Source of the DNA: an uncultured Clostridia bacterium
GTDB lineage: Bacteria; Bacillota; Clostridia; Christensenellales; Borkfalkiaceae
Length of the DNA: 64,000 nucleotides
Direction: 5' to 3'
Assembly (NCBI GenBank): GCA_947626935.1
Contig: CANQUD010000001.1
Location: 34,089-98,088, forward strand
In this document: positions 1 to 9,406 of the stretch, piece by piece
Numbering within the stretch: position 1 is the first letter of the stretch
Layout: every line of letters starts with the position of its first letter
Translations under genes and position numbers: made by a program
The notes under the pieces: model-generated
The model's input: only the letters and a program-made list of their open reading frames with translations
What the model was told of the DNA's origin: nothing
Databases searched by the model: none

Positions 1-1535
1 TCGACGAACTGCTCGACATCTTTCCGACCGCCGACATCGGCGACCTCGGCCCCATCCGTGTCTACACGTTTTTGGATCGCAAGCTGCAGCGCAAGGTTGA
101 AGAGGCAGAAGCCGATTCGGACGTCTGTGCGCTTGTCCGAGACAACAGGACGGACGGGTTGAAAGCGTTCTATTCGACATGCGGCGCCCTGAAACGACTT
201 CCCGCCTCTACGTTGAAGCCCCTTCTCGTCTACGGACCCGCCATCGAAGAGGACATCATCTGCCCCGCAACGCCGATCTTGGACGAAAAAACGGACTTCA
301 ACGGGTATTGTCCTGACGATGCGGGCGGCGCAAGCGGCAAATACATGAGCGCACGATACGCGCTTTCGCACAGCGTCAACATTCCCGCCGTCAAGATCCT
401 GAACACGATGGGCTGCGAAAAGGCGGCTGCATACCTCGACAGGATGGGACTGCATGTCGGGGAAGAGGACCTCTCTCTCGCCCTCGCGCTCGGCGGGATG
501 AAGGAAGGTTTTCCGCTCCCCGCACTTGCGGACGGATATGCCGTCTTTGCAAAACAGGGGGTCTATGCGCCCTCAAAAGTCATTTCCCGCATCGAAAACA
601 GCAAGGGAAAAGTCATTTACGAGTACAAACCCCGCGAAAACAGGGTCTTTTCCGAAGAAACGAGCTATCTCATCAACGACATGCTGAAAACTGCCGCCAA
701 GGAAGGAACGGCGAAAAAACTCAAAAATCTCCCCTATGACGTCTGTGCAAAGACGGGGACCGCGGAGGGCAAGAAAGACAATACAGATGCTTATACGATC
801 GCCTATACGTCGGAAGATACCGTAGCGGTCTGGCTCGGGAACAGGGACAACACGGAAATCGGGGCAACGGGCGGAGGGCTTCCCGCGAATCTCGCGCTCG
901 GGATCCTGAAAGAGATCTACGGGGACAGAGCGCCCGCTCCGTTTCCGCCCTGCGACGGCGTGGAAGCTCTCCCGATCGATATGCAGGAATACGAAAAAAA
1001 TCACAAAATTTTGCTCTCCGACCCAAACTCCCCCTTCCTGACAGACAGAAAAGAGCTGTTCAAAAAGAGCTTTGAACCGCTGGAGAGAAGTACGCGCTAT
1101 TCGGCGCCGAAGATCGAAAAACCGACGATTTCCGTCAAAAATGGGACCGTAAGCATAGTACTATGTCAGACAGAGTACTATGATTATGTCATAAAAAGAG
1201 AAAATCGCGGTAAGGAAACCACGATCTACAGCGGGAAATATCAAAGATGTATCAGCGACAATTCCGTAAAGGCGGGCGAAAGTTACCGCTACAGCGTCAC
1301 GCCCTACTATAAAGATATCGAGGGAGAGACCGTCTATCTCCCCCTCGTTCATATCGATCCAAGCGATTCGCTCCCCGAGAATTGGTGGAATCAGAATTTG
1401 ATGATCTCCCTCGAGGATAGAGCTTCTTCAACGAGCGCATCGATGTCGAGTTTCCTCTCCTCTTCCTCGATGAAGGAAAGTTTGGGGTGGATCGCGGGAA
1501 AATCGGGCAAAAAGACGGTGCAGCAGTCCTCATAG
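1..1535 (+). CDS. Penicillin-binding protein (class A type): transpeptidase domain plus C-terminal beta-rich domain; 5' end is outside the window
   Basis: Frame is open from nt 3. SxxK (STLK), SxN (SVN) and KTG (KTGT) motifs occur in the canonical order. The last ~145 nt run antisense to thiI. Confidence 0.85.
   Translation, partial: DELLDIFPTADIGDLGPIRVYTFLDRKLQRKVEEAEADSDVCALVRDNRTDGLKAFYSTCGALKRLPASTLKPLLVYGPAIEEDIICPATPILDEKTDFNGYCPDDAGGASGKYMSARYALSHSVNIPAVKILNTMGCEKAAAYLDRMGLHVGEEDLSLALALGGMKEGFPLPALADGYAVFAKQGVYAPSKVISRIENSKGKVIYEYKPRENRVFSEETSYLINDMLKTAAKEGTAKKLKNLPYDVCAKTGTAEGKKDNTDAYTIAYTSEDTVAVWLGNRDNTEIGATGGGLPANLALGILKEIYGDRAPAPFPPCDGVEALPIDMQEYEKNHKILLSDPNSPFLTDRKELFKKSFEPLERSTRYSAPKIEKPTISVKNGTVSIVLCQTEYYDYVIKRENRGKETTIYSGKYQRCISDNSVKAGESYRYSVTPYYKDIEGETVYLPLVHIDPSDSLPENWWNQNLMISLEDRASSTSASMSSFLSSSSMKESLGWIAGKSGKKTVQQSS
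1154..1190 (+). repeat. Quasi-palindromic dispersed element, copy inside the PBP coding region (two 17-nt units)
   Basis: CATAGTACTATGTCAGA CAGAGTACTATGATTAT. Its first 19 nt are identical to the reverse complement of 51111-51129. Confidence 0.85.
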
Positions 1536-2542
1536 GGCAATGTCGACGTCTCAAAGGTACCGATCTTTTTTGCGACCTCGACGATATCCTCTTTGTCGAA
1601 CCCGATGAGCGGACGCAAAACGGGAAGCCGTACAACGGCGTTCGAGGCCGTCAGTCCCTCGAGCGTCTGGCTCGCGACCTGCCCGAGGCTCTCCCCCGTG
1701 ACGAGGCAGCCCGCCCCCGTTTGATGCGCAAGGCGCTCCGCGATGCGGAACATGAAACGGCGCAAGAGCGTGACATTGAGTTCGGCGGCGCAGTTTCTGT
1801 GGATCTCTTCCTGAATGTGCGTGACGCTCACCGTCGTGAGGCGGGTGACGAGCGTATAATCGGAAAGAAGTTTCGAAAGCGTCACCACCTTTTCCTTGGC
1901 GGCTTCATTGGTATAGGGATAGCTGTGGAAATGGAGCAGTTCGACGGTCATCCCTCGCTTCGCCATCATGTAGCCCGCAACGGGCGAATCGATGCCCCCC
2001 GAGATCAGGAGAAGTCCCTTTCCCGCTGTCGAGACGGGCATTCCATGCGATCCGTCCGTGAAAGAGCCGAAAACAAGCGCTCTGCCGCCTTCACGGATGT
2101 CGATATAGACGGTGTGTTCGGGCGTGTGCACGTCCACTTTCAGAGACGGGAATCGATCCAGAAGTCTGCCGCCGATGCGGGCGCTGATCTCCATGGACGT
2201 GAGCGGATAATGTTTGTCCCCGCGGTGCGTCTCCACTTTGAACGTTCCAGACTGCGGTGCGACGAGCTTTGCGGCGGCAAAGACGCCGTCCTCGTCATTT
2301 TCCACGAGCAGACCTTCCGAGTAAGAATGCACGCCGAACACCTTGGAGATGCGGCGCATGATCTCGTCCGTCATTTCCTCGTCAAATTCGGCGATAAGAT
2401 ACCTTCCGCTCGTGCGGTGGATCTCATGGCGGATGCCTTTCAGGGCTTTTTCAAGGTTGTTCCCAAAGACGCGCTCGAAATAGCCGCGGTTTTTTCCTTT
2501 CAAATGGATCTCCGCATAGCGGATGATGATGACTTTTTCCAT
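1391..2542 (-). CDS. thiI: tRNA 4-thiouridine synthase (tRNA uracil 4-sulfurtransferase) ThiI
   Basis: N-terminus MEKVIIIRYAEIHLKGKNR is typical of ThiI. PP-loop SGGIDSP is present. Start chosen at the in-frame ATG 2542 of ORF 1391..2695. Confidence 0.9.
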   Translation of the reverse strand: MEKVIIIRYAEIHLKGKNRGYFERVFGNNLEKALKGIRHEIHRTSGRYLIAEFDEEMTDEIMRRISKVFGVHSYSEGLLVENDEDGVFAAAKLVAPQSGTFKVETHRGDKHYPLTSMEISARIGGRLLDRFPSLKVDVHTPEHTVYIDIREGGRALVFGSFTDGSHGMPVSTAGKGLLLISGGIDSPVAGYMMAKRGMTVELLHFHSYPYTNEAAKEKVVTLSKLLSDYTLVTRLTTVSVTHIQEEIHRNCAAELNVTLLRRFMFRIAERLAHQTGAGCLVTGESLGQVASQTLEGLTASNAVVRLPVLRPLIGFDKEDIVEVAKKIGTFETSTLPYEDCCTVFLPDFPAIHPKLSFIEEEERKLDIDALVEEALSSREIIKF

Positions 2543-2570
2543 ATGGATCCTCGTGATGCGTTCCGCACGG

Positions 2571-3704
2571 TCATGCGCGGGACTGTAAAACTGTATTTTG
2601 ATATTCTCTTGCGGTCGAATTGAGGATTTCCGCCGCTTCTGTAATCTCCCGCTCCGTTGTGGCGGGCGAAAAACTGCACCGCAGGACGCCGTCAAGGACT
2701 TTTTCCGTATAACCGCACGCCGTCATGACGCGGCTGAAGCGGTTTTTGGAAGAACAGGCGCTACCCGTTCCCATGCACAGACCGCGATCCCAGAGCATGC
2801 GCTGCAGCACCTCTCCGCGCATTCCGACGGCGGAGACGGTGAGGATGTACGGCGACCCCTTTTCGGGAGAAAGTAGCGTAAAAATCTCCCGATCGAGAAG
2901 AGATATTAGCTTTTCCCGCATTTTTCCCAGCCTTTCGAGGTCGGATCTGACGGTTTTGAATTTCTTTTCGGCGGCATAGGCGAACACGACGATGCCGAAC
3001 GTGTTCTCCGTCCCGCTCCGCAGATTCCCTTCCTGTCCGCCCCCGAAGAGATACGGGTCCAAGGCGAGTCCCTTGCGCTTGAAGAGAGCGCCCGTGCCCT
3101 TGAGTCCGCCGATCTTGTGGGCGCTGACCGCATAGAGATCGACTTCCTGCGGCAGGACGAAGGACAATTTCCCGAACGCCTGCACGCCGTCGCTGTGGAA
3201 GAGCGTACGGGGATTTTTTTGCTTGACCGCCCTTGCGATCGCCCCAATGTCGTTGACGGCGCCCGTTTCGTTATTGACATGAACGACGGAGACGAGGCTC
3301 GTCTTTTCATCCACGAGATGCAGGATGCTCTCGCATCTCACGCTTCCGTCCCGCTCCACGGGAGCAAAACGGGGTTCGATCCCGCGATTTTTCAGCTCGT
3401 TGACGCTCGAATAGACCGCTGCATGTTCGCCCGCCGTCGTGACGACGTTTCCCCTCTTTCCGCCCGAAAAGATCGCTTGATTGTCGGCTTCGGTCCCGCA
3501 TGAGGTGAAAATGAGGTCAAATCTTCCCGTCCCGCCCAAGGTTTTCAGGAGAGTTTCCCGCGCTTCGCCGAGTTTTTTGGAAACGGCAAAACCCCCGCCG
3601 TATCTGGCAGAGGGGTTGAAATAAAGATCGGTCGTAAATTCTGCCGCGCTTCGGAGCGCCTCTTCGTCGGGACGGGTCGTGGCGGCATTGTCAAAGTAGA
3701 TCAT
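2571..3704 (-). CDS. Cysteine desulfurase (NifS/IscS family, PLP-dependent)
   Basis: MIYFDNAATT N-terminus, SAHKIGG PLP-lysine motif, GSACSS active-site loop. It lies directly upstream of thiI. Confidence 0.9.
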   Translation of the reverse strand: MIYFDNAATTRPDEEALRSAAEFTTDLYFNPSARYGGGFAVSKKLGEARETLLKTLGGTGRFDLIFTSCGTEADNQAIFSGGKRGNVVTTAGEHAAVYSSVNELKNRGIEPRFAPVERDGSVRCESILHLVDEKTSLVSVVHVNNETGAVNDIGAIARAVKQKNPRTLFHSDGVQAFGKLSFVLPQEVDLYAVSAHKIGGLKGTGALFKRKGLALDPYLFGGGQEGNLRSGTENTFGIVVFAYAAEKKFKTVRSDLERLGKMREKLISLLDREIFTLLSPEKGSPYILTVSAVGMRGEVLQRMLWDRGLCMGTGSACSSKNRFSRVMTACGYTEKVLDGVLRCSFSPATTEREITEAAEILNSTAREYQNTVLQSRA

Positions 3705-4306
3705 TCTCTCTCAAATTTGTTGATGCCCGCCGCCCGCACGAGGTATTCGAGGAGCATCTGTCTGCATTCTAAAATGTACAGGGTCTTTCCGAGCGATCCG
3801 CCGACAAGCAGGTAGATGAACTGCTTGTCCTCCGCGGGATACTTGTTCGGCGTCAAGAACTTCGGCTTATTGCCCTGCAGTCCGCGCAGGACATTGTCGT
3901 AGGAAGGTTTCTCGCAATATCCGATCTTCAGGATGGAATCCGCCGAGATCGTTCCGAAATACTTCCTCGATCTGCCGTTAAAGACCTTGGTGATACGGAG
4001 TTCGTCCTCGACAAAGGTATAGTCGTAACTGAGGTTGAATCTCTTTTTGATGAACCAAAAGACAACGCCGCCGCCCACAAAGGACAGGATAAAGATGAGC
4101 CAGACGCCGATGATGACGACTTTTTGGACGGTCTCCAGTTCTTCGTTTCCGATCACGCCCTGAAAGACGGACGTCGCAAAGAAAGCGGTCACGCCCGCGA
4201 CGACGAAACAGAGGATGGAAAGGACGAGAAAAAGGATATAGAACTTCTCTTCCGTCGCGGCGCGGCTGCAGACGGCGCTCTCTTCATATAAAAGGTCCCG
4301 TTGCAT
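3701..4306 (-). CDS. Hypothetical membrane protein (two N-terminal TM helices plus a soluble C-terminal domain)
   Basis: 201-aa ORF. Its start overlaps the carB stop and its stop overlaps the desulfurase start. Two hydrophobic helices are visible. I do not recognise the family. Confidence 0.6.
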   Translation of the reverse strand: MQRDLLYEESAVCSRAATEEKFYILFLVLSILCFVVAGVTAFFATSVFQGVIGNEELETVQKVVIIGVWLIFILSFVGGGVVFWFIKKRFNLSYDYTFVEDELRITKVFNGRSRKYFGTISADSILKIGYCEKPSYDNVLRGLQGNKPKFLTPNKYPAEDKQFIYLLVGGSLGKTLYILECRQMLLEYLVRAAGINKFERE

Positions 4307-7300
4307 CAGAATTCCACCTTCCCCTCATAAATTTTTCTGACATTGCCCGTCAGCGTAACGGAGCCGTCCGCATCGCAATGGACGGTCAGGTCCCCTCCGC
4401 GTACCTTGACGGTGATATCTGTACCCGATTTGCACAAGCCGTTCGACACGCAGGCGAATGCCGCAGCCGCCGCCCCCGTGCCGCTCGAGTACGTCTCACC
4501 GTTCCCCTGCTCCCACGTGCGCATCTTGATGGTCGCCTCGTTGACGACTCTGACGGCGCCGATGTCGGGCTTCTCCGCAAAGTTCTTGTTCTCCCCGATC
4601 GCGTCGGCGATGTCCTTCAGGGAGACTTCCTCCACGCGGTCGCAGAATACGATGTAGTTCTGTCTGCCGAGGTCGACGAGCACCGATCTCTCCGATTCGA
4701 CGCCCTTCCTGGGCAGTTTCCCCGCGGGGAGCTTCTTCAGACGCGGTTTCCCGAGTTCCACGCTTGCCGATGTGACGACGCCGCCGAAGGAGAATACTTT
4801 GAGTTCCTTCACTCCGTTCATCGTCTCGATCGTCATGGTCTCCTTTGGGACGATGCCCTTCTCGTACAGATATTTGGCTGCGCAGCGGATGGCATTGCCC
4901 GCGATCGCCCCCTCGGAGCCGTCTTGGTTGAAAATGCGCATCTTCGCATCCGCGACCTGCGATCTGGTCAGAATGACGATGCTGTCCCCGCCGATCCCGT
5001 AGTGTCGGTTGACGAAGTTCACGGCGAGGGACTCGGGACAGGTGATCTTCTCTTCCATGTCCTCGAAGAAGATGAAGTCATTCCCGCACGATTCGAGCTT
5101 GGTGAAGTCGAGCTTGGTCCGCTCGGTGCGGAGATGGTTGATATCCACAAGCTCGGTATTATTTTCGGTAAATTTGCTCGCGATGATGTCACAGAGCGCG
5201 TTTGCCGTATCGAGAGAGGTCAGGACGGTGATGCCGAGCAGGATCGCATGATGGTGCAGTTCGATATAGTCCTGAATGGAATCGACGTCCGTCTTGCCCG
5301 TATAGACGATGTAATCGATCTTTCCCTCGTCCATGAGCTTGCAGACCTGCTTCGTCGCCTTGAGACGTTCGACGACGGTGACGTCTGCGCCGAGGTCGGA
5401 GATGACCTTCGCCGTGCCCGCGGTCGCATACAGGCGGCAGCCGAGATCGGCAAATTTCTTTGCGATGGAGACAAGTTCGGGCTTATCCTGATCGTTGACG
5501 GTGAAATAGACGCCGACGGGCTTCTCCTTTGTCGGATGGCACATCTTGAAGCCCGCGGAGACGAGTCCCTTGAAGAGCGCTTCCTCGATTGTCTTGCCGA
5601 TGCCGAGCACCTCGCCCGTGGACTTCATTTCTGGCCCGAGCTGGGAATTGACGTCGTTGAGTTTTTCGAAGGAGAACACGGGGACTTTGACTGCAACGTA
5701 GGGAGAATCGGGATAGAGTCCCGTTCCGTAACCGAGTTTTTTGAGTTTTGCCCCCGCCATGATCTTGGTGGCAAGCTCTACCATGGGCACCCCCGTCACC
5801 TTGGAGATGTACGGGATCGTGCGGCTCGCACGGGGGTTGACTTCGATGACGTAGAGCTGGTTCCGATAGATGAGATATTGGATATTGATGAGACCCTTTG
5901 TCTTGAGTTCGAGCGCAAGTTGCGTGGAGACTTCCACGATCCTCGCCTTCATCGCATCGGAAAGATGGTAGGGCGGATAGACGGCGATGGAGTCGCCCGA
6001 ATGCACGCCCGCGCGTTCGACGTGTTGCATGACCCCGGGGATCAGCACGTCGACGCCGTCCGAAATGGCATCGACCTCAAGCTCGCTCCCCATCAGGTAT
6101 TTGTCGCAGAGGACGGGGTTCTCGATGCGCTGCGAGAGGATCACGTCCATATAGCGGGAAATGTCGTTTTCGGTGAAGGCGATCGTCATGTTCTGCCCGC
6201 CGATGACATAGCTCGGGCGGAGCAGGACGGGATAGCCGAGCGTCTCCGCGGCGCGGATCGCTTCCTCTTTCGTCATGACGGTCAGCCCCTTGGGACGGGA
6301 AATGGAGAATCGTTCCAAAAGTTCGTCGAAGCGTTCCCGATCCTCCGCCATGTCCACACTGTCGGCGCTTGTCCCGAGGATCCGCACCCCCGTCTTTGCG
6401 AGGTAGGCGCAGAGCTTGATCGCCGTCTGTCCCCCGAAGGTGATGACGACGCCGTACGGCTTCTCCACGTCGATGACATTCTGCACATCCTCGGGCGTAA
6501 GAGATTCGAAATAGAGCCTGTCCGCCGTATCGAAATCGGTGGAGACCGTCTCGGGATTGTTGTTGATAATGATGACTTCGTATCCGAGCTGTTTGAGCGT
6601 CCAGACGCAATGGACGGAAGAATAGTCGAATTCGATCCCCTGCCCGATGCGGATGGGACCCGAACCGATGACGATGACCCTCTTTTTGCGGGAACGTTCG
6701 ACAAATGGCTTTGCCTCGTCGTGCGCGGGGTCGTCGTACGTCGAATAGAAGTACGGGGTCGCGGCGCTGAACTCGGCGGCGCAGGTGTCGACCATCTTAA
6801 AGACAGCCCGTCTGTGCGCCGGCAGCTTCTGCCCCGAGAGTCCGAGGAGCGTCTTATCGGTAAATCCGAGCCGTTTCCCTTCCAGATACTCTGCGCGGGT
6901 GAGCTTTTTCCCCGTGATGTGCTTCTCGTAGCGGATGAGGTTGACAAACTTTTCGAGGAACCACTCGTCGATCTTGGTGACGCCGTAGATCTCATCGACG
7001 GGGATCCCCTTCTTGAGCGCCGCATAGACGGCGAAGAGCCGTTCGTCGGTCATCTTCGTGATCTCGATGCGGAGCTGTTCCTGCGTCATCTTTTCGAACT
7101 TCGGGTGGTCGAGCGTCTCGAGGGAGATCTCTGCGCCGCGGACTGCTTTCATGATCGCCTGTTCGAAGGACGATCCGATCGCCATGACTTCCCCCGTCGC
7201 CTTCATACGGGATCCCAACGTCCGCTTTGCGTACAAAAATTTATCAAAGGGCCACTTGGGGAGCTTCACGACGACATAGTCGATCGCGGGTTCGAAGCAG

Positions 7301-8331
7301 GCGTACGTCTTTCCCGTGACGTCGTTCTTGATCTCGTCGAGGGTGTAGCCGAGAGCGATCTTGGTCGCAACTTTTGCGATCGGATAGCCCGTCGCCTTGC
7401 TCGCAAGCGCCGAGGAGCGCGAAACGCGGGGGTTGACTTCGATCACGGCGTACTCGAAGCTGTCGGGATTCAGGGCGAACTGGCAGTTGCATCCCCCCTC
7501 GATGCCCAGCTCTGCGATGATGTTGAGAGATGCCGTGCGGAGCATCTGGTATTCCTTATCGGAGAGAGTGACGGCGGGTGCGATGACGACGGAATCGCCC
7601 GTGTGGATCCCGACGGGGTCGACGTTCTCCATGGAGCAGACGGTGATGACATTGCCCTTGCCGTCGCGGAGAACTTCAAATTCGATCTCCTTCCAGCCGC
7701 CGATGTACTTCTCGATGAGCACCTGCGTGATGGGAGAAAGCATCAGCCCGTTGTGTGCGATGAGCCGAAGCTCTTCCTCGTCATAGGCGACGCCCCCGCC
7801 CGCACCGCCGAGCGTGAACGCGGGACGGACGATGACGGGATAGCCGAGTTCTTCGGCGATCTTGACGCAATCGTTTTCGGTATAGGCGATATCGGAGGGA
7901 ACGACGGGTTCGGAGATCTTTTGCATGGTCTCCTTGAAGAGTTCTCTGTCCTCTGCCCGATCGATGGCATCGAGCTTGGTACCGATGAGTTTGACCCCCC
8001 ATTCGTCCAGAAAACCGCTCTTTGCGAGCTTGCAGCCCATCGTAAGCCCCGTCTGTCCGCCCAGAGAGGCGAGCAGGGAATCGGGACGCTCCTTGATGAT
8101 GATGCGCTTCAAACTCTCCTCGGTGAGCGGTTCGAGGTAGATCTCGTCGGCGAGCATCTTGTCCGTCATGATGGTGGCGGGGTTAGAGTTGCAGAGGACG
8201 ACGTTCATGCCCGCATCCTTGAGGACACGGCAAGCCTGTGCTCCCGCATAGTCGAATTCCGCAGCTTGTCCGATGACGATAGGACCCGAGCCGATGACAA
8301 GTACTTTCCTGATATCGCTTCTCAATGGCAT
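4306..8331 (-). CDS. carB: Carbamoyl-phosphate synthase large subunit fused to a C-terminal DapF-like (diaminopimelate epimerase fold) domain
   Basis: The first ~1070 aa are a full-length CarB (two ATP-grasp halves, MGS-like domain). The last 269 aa (nt 4306-5115) align along their length with the window's own DapF. Confidence 0.9.
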   Translation of the reverse strand: MPLRSDIRKVLVIGSGPIVIGQAAEFDYAGAQACRVLKDAGMNVVLCNSNPATIMTDKMLADEIYLEPLTEESLKRIIIKERPDSLLASLGGQTGLTMGCKLAKSGFLDEWGVKLIGTKLDAIDRAEDRELFKETMQKISEPVVPSDIAYTENDCVKIAEELGYPVIVRPAFTLGGAGGGVAYDEEELRLIAHNGLMLSPITQVLIEKYIGGWKEIEFEVLRDGKGNVITVCSMENVDPVGIHTGDSVVIAPAVTLSDKEYQMLRTASLNIIAELGIEGGCNCQFALNPDSFEYAVIEVNPRVSRSSALASKATGYPIAKVATKIALGYTLDEIKNDVTGKTYACFEPAIDYVVVKLPKWPFDKFLYAKRTLGSRMKATGEVMAIGSSFEQAIMKAVRGAEISLETLDHPKFEKMTQEQLRIEITKMTDERLFAVYAALKKGIPVDEIYGVTKIDEWFLEKFVNLIRYEKHITGKKLTRAEYLEGKRLGFTDKTLLGLSGQKLPAHRRAVFKMVDTCAAEFSAATPYFYSTYDDPAHDEAKPFVERSRKKRVIVIGSGPIRIGQGIEFDYSSVHCVWTLKQLGYEVIIINNNPETVSTDFDTADRLYFESLTPEDVQNVIDVEKPYGVVITFGGQTAIKLCAYLAKTGVRILGTSADSVDMAEDRERFDELLERFSISRPKGLTVMTKEEAIRAAETLGYPVLLRPSYVIGGQNMTIAFTENDISRYMDVILSQRIENPVLCDKYLMGSELEVDAISDGVDVLIPGVMQHVERAGVHSGDSIAVYPPYHLSDAMKARIVEVSTQLALELKTKGLINIQYLIYRNQLYVIEVNPRASRTIPYISKVTGVPMVELATKIMAGAKLKKLGYGTGLYPDSPYVAVKVPVFSFEKLNDVNSQLGPEMKSTGEVLGIGKTIEEALFKGLVSAGFKMCHPTKEKPVGVYFTVNDQDKPELVSIAKKFADLGCRLYATAGTAKVISDLGADVTVVERLKATKQVCKLMDEGKIDYIVYTGKTDVDSIQDYIELHHHAILLGITVLTSLDTANALCDIIASKFTENNTELVDINHLRTERTKLDFTKLESCGNDFIFFEDMEEKITCPESLAVNFVNRHYGIGGDSIVILTRSQVADAKMRIFNQDGSEGAIAGNAIRCAAKYLYEKGIVPKETMTIETMNGVKELKVFSFGGVVTSASVELGKPRLKKLPAGKLPRKGVESERSVLVDLGRQNYIVFCDRVEEVSLKDIADAIGENKNFAEKPDIGAVRVVNEATIKMRTWEQGNGETYSSGTGAAAAAFACVSNGLCKSGTDITVKVRGGDLTVHCDADGSVTLTGNVRKIYEGKVEF

Positions 8332-8332
8332 C

Positions 8333-9406
8333 TCACTTGTCCTCCTTTGCGGCTTTCATGTTCGTGACGAATCTGTCAAAGAGGAAGTTCGCGTCCTGCG
8401 GTCCGCTGCAGGCTTCGGGATGGAATTGCACAGTAAAGGCGTTCACAGCGGGATAGTCAACCCCCTCGCAGGTGCCGTCGTTGCAGTTGACGAAGGAGAG
8501 TTCCCCTTTTGCCTTTAAGCTGTCGGAGACGACTTCGTAGCCGTGATTTTGGGAAGTGATGTACACTCTGCCCGTCTCCAAATGCTTGACGGGCTGGTTG
8601 GCGCCGCGATGCCCGTATTTCATCTTGCGGGTCGTACCGCCCATCGCGAGTGCAAAGAGCTGATGCCCGAGGCAGATGCCGAAGATGGGAAGTTTCCCGA
8701 TCAATTTACGGATATTTTTGATGATCTCCGTATTTTCGGCGGGATCCCCGGGACCGTTGGCAAGCATGACGCCGTCTGCCTTGAGGCGGAACACCTCTTC
8801 GGCGGGATAGTGGGCGGGAACACAGATGACGCGGCAATTCCGCTTCAAAAGTTCATGTTCGATGTTGTGTTTGACGCCGAAGTCATAGAGAACAACAGTG
8901 TATTTCCCGTACTCGCCCGAGACCGTGATCTCGTCGGAAGTCACGGACTCAACGGCGTTTTTGACTCTGTACGCCCGCAGACGTTCGAAATCGGAGAAAG
9001 GCTTGAAGGAGATCGCGGCGTTCATGACCCCCGCTTCCCGCACAGTGCGGGCGATCTCACGAGTATCGACGCCGTAGATCGCGGGGATGCCCTCTCGCTT
9101 GAGATATTCTTCCAAAGTCAGCTTGCAGCGGAAGTTGGAAGGGGTCGTGCACCGTTCCCGAACGACATAGGCGCTCGCATGGCACTTGATGCTCTCAAAG
9201 TCCTCGGGGATGACGCCGTAGTTCCCGATGAGCGGGAAGGTCTGCATGATGATCTGACCGTAATAGCTGGGATCGGTGAGCGTCTCGATGTACCCCGTCA
9301 TTCCCGTCGTGAAAACAAGCTCCCCGACGGTCTCCCGCTCTGCGCCGAAAGATCTTCCCTCGAACACACGCCCGTTCTCAAGCGTTAAATATGCCTTTTT
9401 CTCCAT
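8333..9406 (-). CDS. carA: Carbamoyl-phosphate synthase small (glutaminase) subunit
   Basis: TGMTGYIETLTDPSYYGQI motif. Class I amidotransferase ICLGHQ nucleophile elbow. Adjacent to carB. Confidence 0.95.
   Translation of the reverse strand: MEKKAYLTLENGRVFEGRSFGAERETVGELVFTTGMTGYIETLTDPSYYGQIIMQTFPLIGNYGVIPEDFESIKCHASAYVVRERCTTPSNFRCKLTLEEYLKREGIPAIYGVDTREIARTVREAGVMNAAISFKPFSDFERLRAYRVKNAVESVTSDEITVSGEYGKYTVVLYDFGVKHNIEHELLKRNCRVICVPAHYPAEEVFRLKADGVMLANGPGDPAENTEIIKNIRKLIGKLPIFGICLGHQLFALAMGGTTRKMKYGHRGANQPVKHLETGRVYITSQNHGYEVVSDSLKAKGELSFVNCNDGTCEGVDYPAVNAFTVQFHPEACSGPQDANFLFDRFVTNMKAAKEDK

Noticed and set aside
72-74. ATG 72 as the PBP start
   Set aside because: The frame is open to the window edge. 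The class A PBP glycosyltransferase module expected upstream of the transpeptidase domain is missing, so the gene is truncated by the window.
4378-8367. 1329-aa ORF on the plus strand
   Set aside because: It lies exactly antisense to carB. Its composition (very rich in D/R/G/E/L/V) is typical of stop-free shadow frames in GC-rich genes. carB on the other strand has unmistakable homology.
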